Shown one piece after another: positions 61,363-64,000 of a DNA stretch of 64,000 nt (positions are counted from its first letter, which is position 1; every line of letters starts with the position of its first letter). This DNA comes from Felis catus (taxonomy: Eukaryota). Where the stretch lies: positions 109,804,001 through 109,868,000 of the forward strand of contig NC_058373.1 in the NCBI RefSeq assembly GCF_018350175.1, read 5' to 3'. The notes under the pieces were generated by a model that saw nothing but the letters and a program-made list of their open reading frames with translations, made no database searches and had not been told where the DNA came from. The position numbers and the translations under genes are program-made.

Positions 61363-61617
61363 AAACACAAAACGCTTCAATGCCAGGTCCCATAATGAAT
61401 TTTAGACTATTTCTCTCATCTTGGAATTATCTTTCCTCCTCTATTTTAGGAAAACCATTACATATCCTTTGAGATTCTGCTCAGGCACCTCTCTTCTCCA
61501 TAAACTTTCTCTTCTCCTGCCCCATAATAAGGAATTCCCTCCTCTTTACCTCCATAGCACCTGCTACAAAAGTTACCACATTGTTTTCCATTTTTTGCTT
61601 TCTATTTCTATTAGAAA

Positions 61618-61764
61618 ACCAAAGGTTCACAACCTCTGTGCCTTTTAGAAGTCACTAAAGAACTTTATAAATATTGATGCCTGGGCCAATCCTCAGAGAT
61701 TCTGATTTAACTGAATTGAAGTGCGAGTAGGGCATCAATTTTTTTTTTATGTATATTTATTTTT

Positions 61765-61802
<38 letters not shown>

Positions 61803-62276
61803 AAGAGAGAGAACAAGCAGTGGAGGGGCAGTGAGGGAGGGAGAAAGAGAATCCCAAGTAGGCTCCACACTGTCAGCACAGAGCCCAATGTGGGGCTTGA
61901 ACTCAATGAACAGTGATCATGACCTAACCAACTGAGCCACCCAGGCACCCTGGGCATCAACTTCTTTCTTAAAAAAAGAAAGAAAGAAAAAAAAGAGCTC
62001 CCCAGAGGCATCTGAGTGGCTCCATCGGTTAAGTTTCGGCTTAGGTCATGATCTCACCATTCGTGTGCGTTTGAGCCCCATGCTGGGCTCTGTGCTGACA
62101 ACTCAGAGCCTGGAGCCTGCTTCGGATTCTGTGTCTCTTTCTCTGCCCCCTCCTCCACTCGCATTCTGTCTCTCAAAAATAAATAAAAATGTTAAAAAGT
62201 ATTTTTTTTTTAAGATAAAAATTTTAAAAAAGCTCCCCAGTGATTCTGTTGTGCAGCTCCAGTTGAGGAACCACTG
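61618..62276. mobile_element. MER5-like hAT MITE split by two SINEs (- 61739-61950, + 62006-62225)
   Basis: cagagattctgatttaa...gggcatcaa [SINEs] agctccccagtgattctg...ttgaggaaccactg. Confidence 0.75.
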
Positions 62277-62744
62277 CATTACATATTTACATTACATATT
62301 ACCTATTTGGACAGTGATCTCTCAAAAGCAAAGTCTTTATCTTATTTATACATATATACCCAATGGCTGGCACACAGTAAGTAGGCAATAAATATTTGTT
62401 TAGTTAAACTGAGACAGAGAAATTCTTTAGATTCATCATATTGACTATATAATCCTGCTTGATAAGAACTCTGTATGAGAAATAGATGAAACATAATTTC
62501 TTCAATTTAGGCTAAAGACATTTTCAGGGAATAACAGTCTCTACACTGAAAACACTGTTCTAACACTTTACATTTAGTGTCATATTTGATCCTCACAAAC
62601 ACCCTGATATGGCTTCCCTGGAACAATCTCATTTTGCTCTCCTCTGTTGTCCCCAGAATAAATACTAAAAATGCCTTTTTTTCCCCTTTCAAGGAGTGTT
62701 CAAATTTAATAAAAATTTATGGTTACATTAGCCATTTTTTTGTT

Positions 62745-62931
62745 TTATTTTATGTTATCTTATTTTAATGTTTATTTATTTATTTTGGGAGAGGAAGAGA
62801 GGGCGACAGAAAAGGCCAACCAGGCTCCATGCTGTCAGCGCAGTGGGGCTTGAGCCCACAAACCATGAGATCATGACCTGGGCCAAAATCATGAGTCGGA
62901 CGGTTAACTGACTGAGCCACCCAGGTGCCCC
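62745..62931 (-). mobile_element. Can-SINE
   Basis: Reverse head and tail. Confidence 0.88.
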
Positions 62932-63436
62932 TGGCCAGTATTTAAATAAATAAAACTGGACTAATGTCATAAACCTAAGTATTTAATCTGATGGATTAAA
63001 GGTGCTCAATATATTTTGTTGAAAAAAAATGAATATTCAGCATTAGGAATTATATACTGGAGTGAAAAACTAAATTTTCAAATTTTTTTAACATGAGGTC
63101 TTCCATGAAAACTCAGATACATACTAAAAGTTACCTAAGAATTCTCATTAATTGAATTTTACTGCAGTCACTCAAAGATTCCAAAAGTGACCCAAATTCT
63201 GACCATACTTGTGGATATGGAGACCTCAAATTATGACTGTCAGACCTCTATTCTTCATATTTCAGATCACTAATTTCCATAGAATTACACTTTCATGAGG
63301 GTATAGTCCTTTGGTTGCTATTCTACCCTTTCTTCCCTACGATGTAATTAAAGGCACAGATCTCGTGAAATAACTACAGAATTTTGGCTATCAGAATAGA
63401 AGCTGTTGCTTTATTTCTTACTTAAATTTCATGATA

Positions 63437-63630
63437 GGGCACCTGGGTGGCTCAGTTCATTGAGCATCCGACTTTGGCTCAGGTCATGATCTCACGGTCT
63501 ATGAGTTCACGCCTCAAATCCAGTTCACTGCTGTTAGCACAGAGCCTGCTTTGGATCCTCTGTCTCCCTTTCCCTCTGCCCCTCCCCCCTGCATCTCAAA
63601 AATGTTTTATTTAACATTAAAAAAAATAAA
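63437..63630 (+). mobile_element. Can-SINE
   Basis: TSD taaatttcatgat. Confidence 0.9.
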
Positions 63631-63884
63631 TTTCATGATTGATTCAAAAACTTTCAGAACATGCTAATGTGGAAATGTCTGAGCCTTGTAATTCTCAGCA
63701 TGTGTACCAAGTTAGAAGTTTTAAATGACAATTGATGTTATTTACATAAAACCATATGTAATAAATTTACTGTAAAGTTAAGTGAAAGGAAGGGTTAATA
63801 GCTCTGAAGTTAGCTGGTTTTTTTATAGTTTTTTCTTAATATAGATATAAGTAGATGTTCACTCCTATAAAATGCTTATAGTAC

Positions 63885-64000
63885 TTTATTTATTTATTTT
63901 AATGTTTATTTATTTTTGAGACAGAGAGAGACAAAGCATAAACGAGGGAGGGTCAGAGAGAGAGGGAAACACAGAATCTGAAACAGGCTCCAGGCCCTGA
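63885..64000 (-). mobile_element. Can-SINE truncated by the window edge
   Basis: Reverse tail and body. Confidence 0.9.

Larger units (their letters stand above)
57694..64000 (-). other. SGPP1: SGPP1 last intron (continues beyond the window)
   Basis: No upstream SGPP1-like exon recognised; repeat-rich. Confidence 0.8.

Noticed and set aside
489..62970. Dozens of 60-140 aa ORFs sharing motifs such as AQSVKRPTSAQVMIS, GAPGWRSRLSVRLQPG and RGRHRI
   Set aside because: They are translations of Can-SINE copies in different frames, not a gene family or repeat-protein system.

Overview
Mammalian genomic DNA, almost certainly felid (dozens of tRNA-derived Can-SINE/SINEC_Fc elements, carnivore L1s), AT-rich and dense in transposons. 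The only clearly intact host coding sequence is the last exon of SGPP1 (sphingosine-1-phosphate phosphatase 1) on the minus strand: CDS 57142-57693, a 3'UTR of about 1.9 kb, and AATAAA at 55281. A CpG-island promoter at about 11.6-12.8 kb is probably WDR89's, inferred from remembered human synteny and not from coding sequence; if so, bases 1 to about 12 kb are WDR89 intron and 5'UTR. The intergenic part holds a full-length processed RPL32 pseudogene nested in an L1 3' end, a young 5'-truncated L1 with perfect target-site duplications and a probable 19-nt 3' transduction, LTR and DNA-transposon fossils, and many nested or inverted SINEs. Nearly all other ORFs in the track are SINE translations or noise. 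I see no new multi-gene system. The most notable signals are a local AT-to-GC substitution cluster over the RPL32 retrocopy (possible GC-biased gene conversion footprint), the L1 transduction tag, inverted SINE pairs, dense miRNA seed sites in the SGPP1 3'UTR and a possibly bidirectional promoter. Repeat family names and miRNA seeds are from memory and need RepeatMasker/Dfam and TargetScan confirmation.
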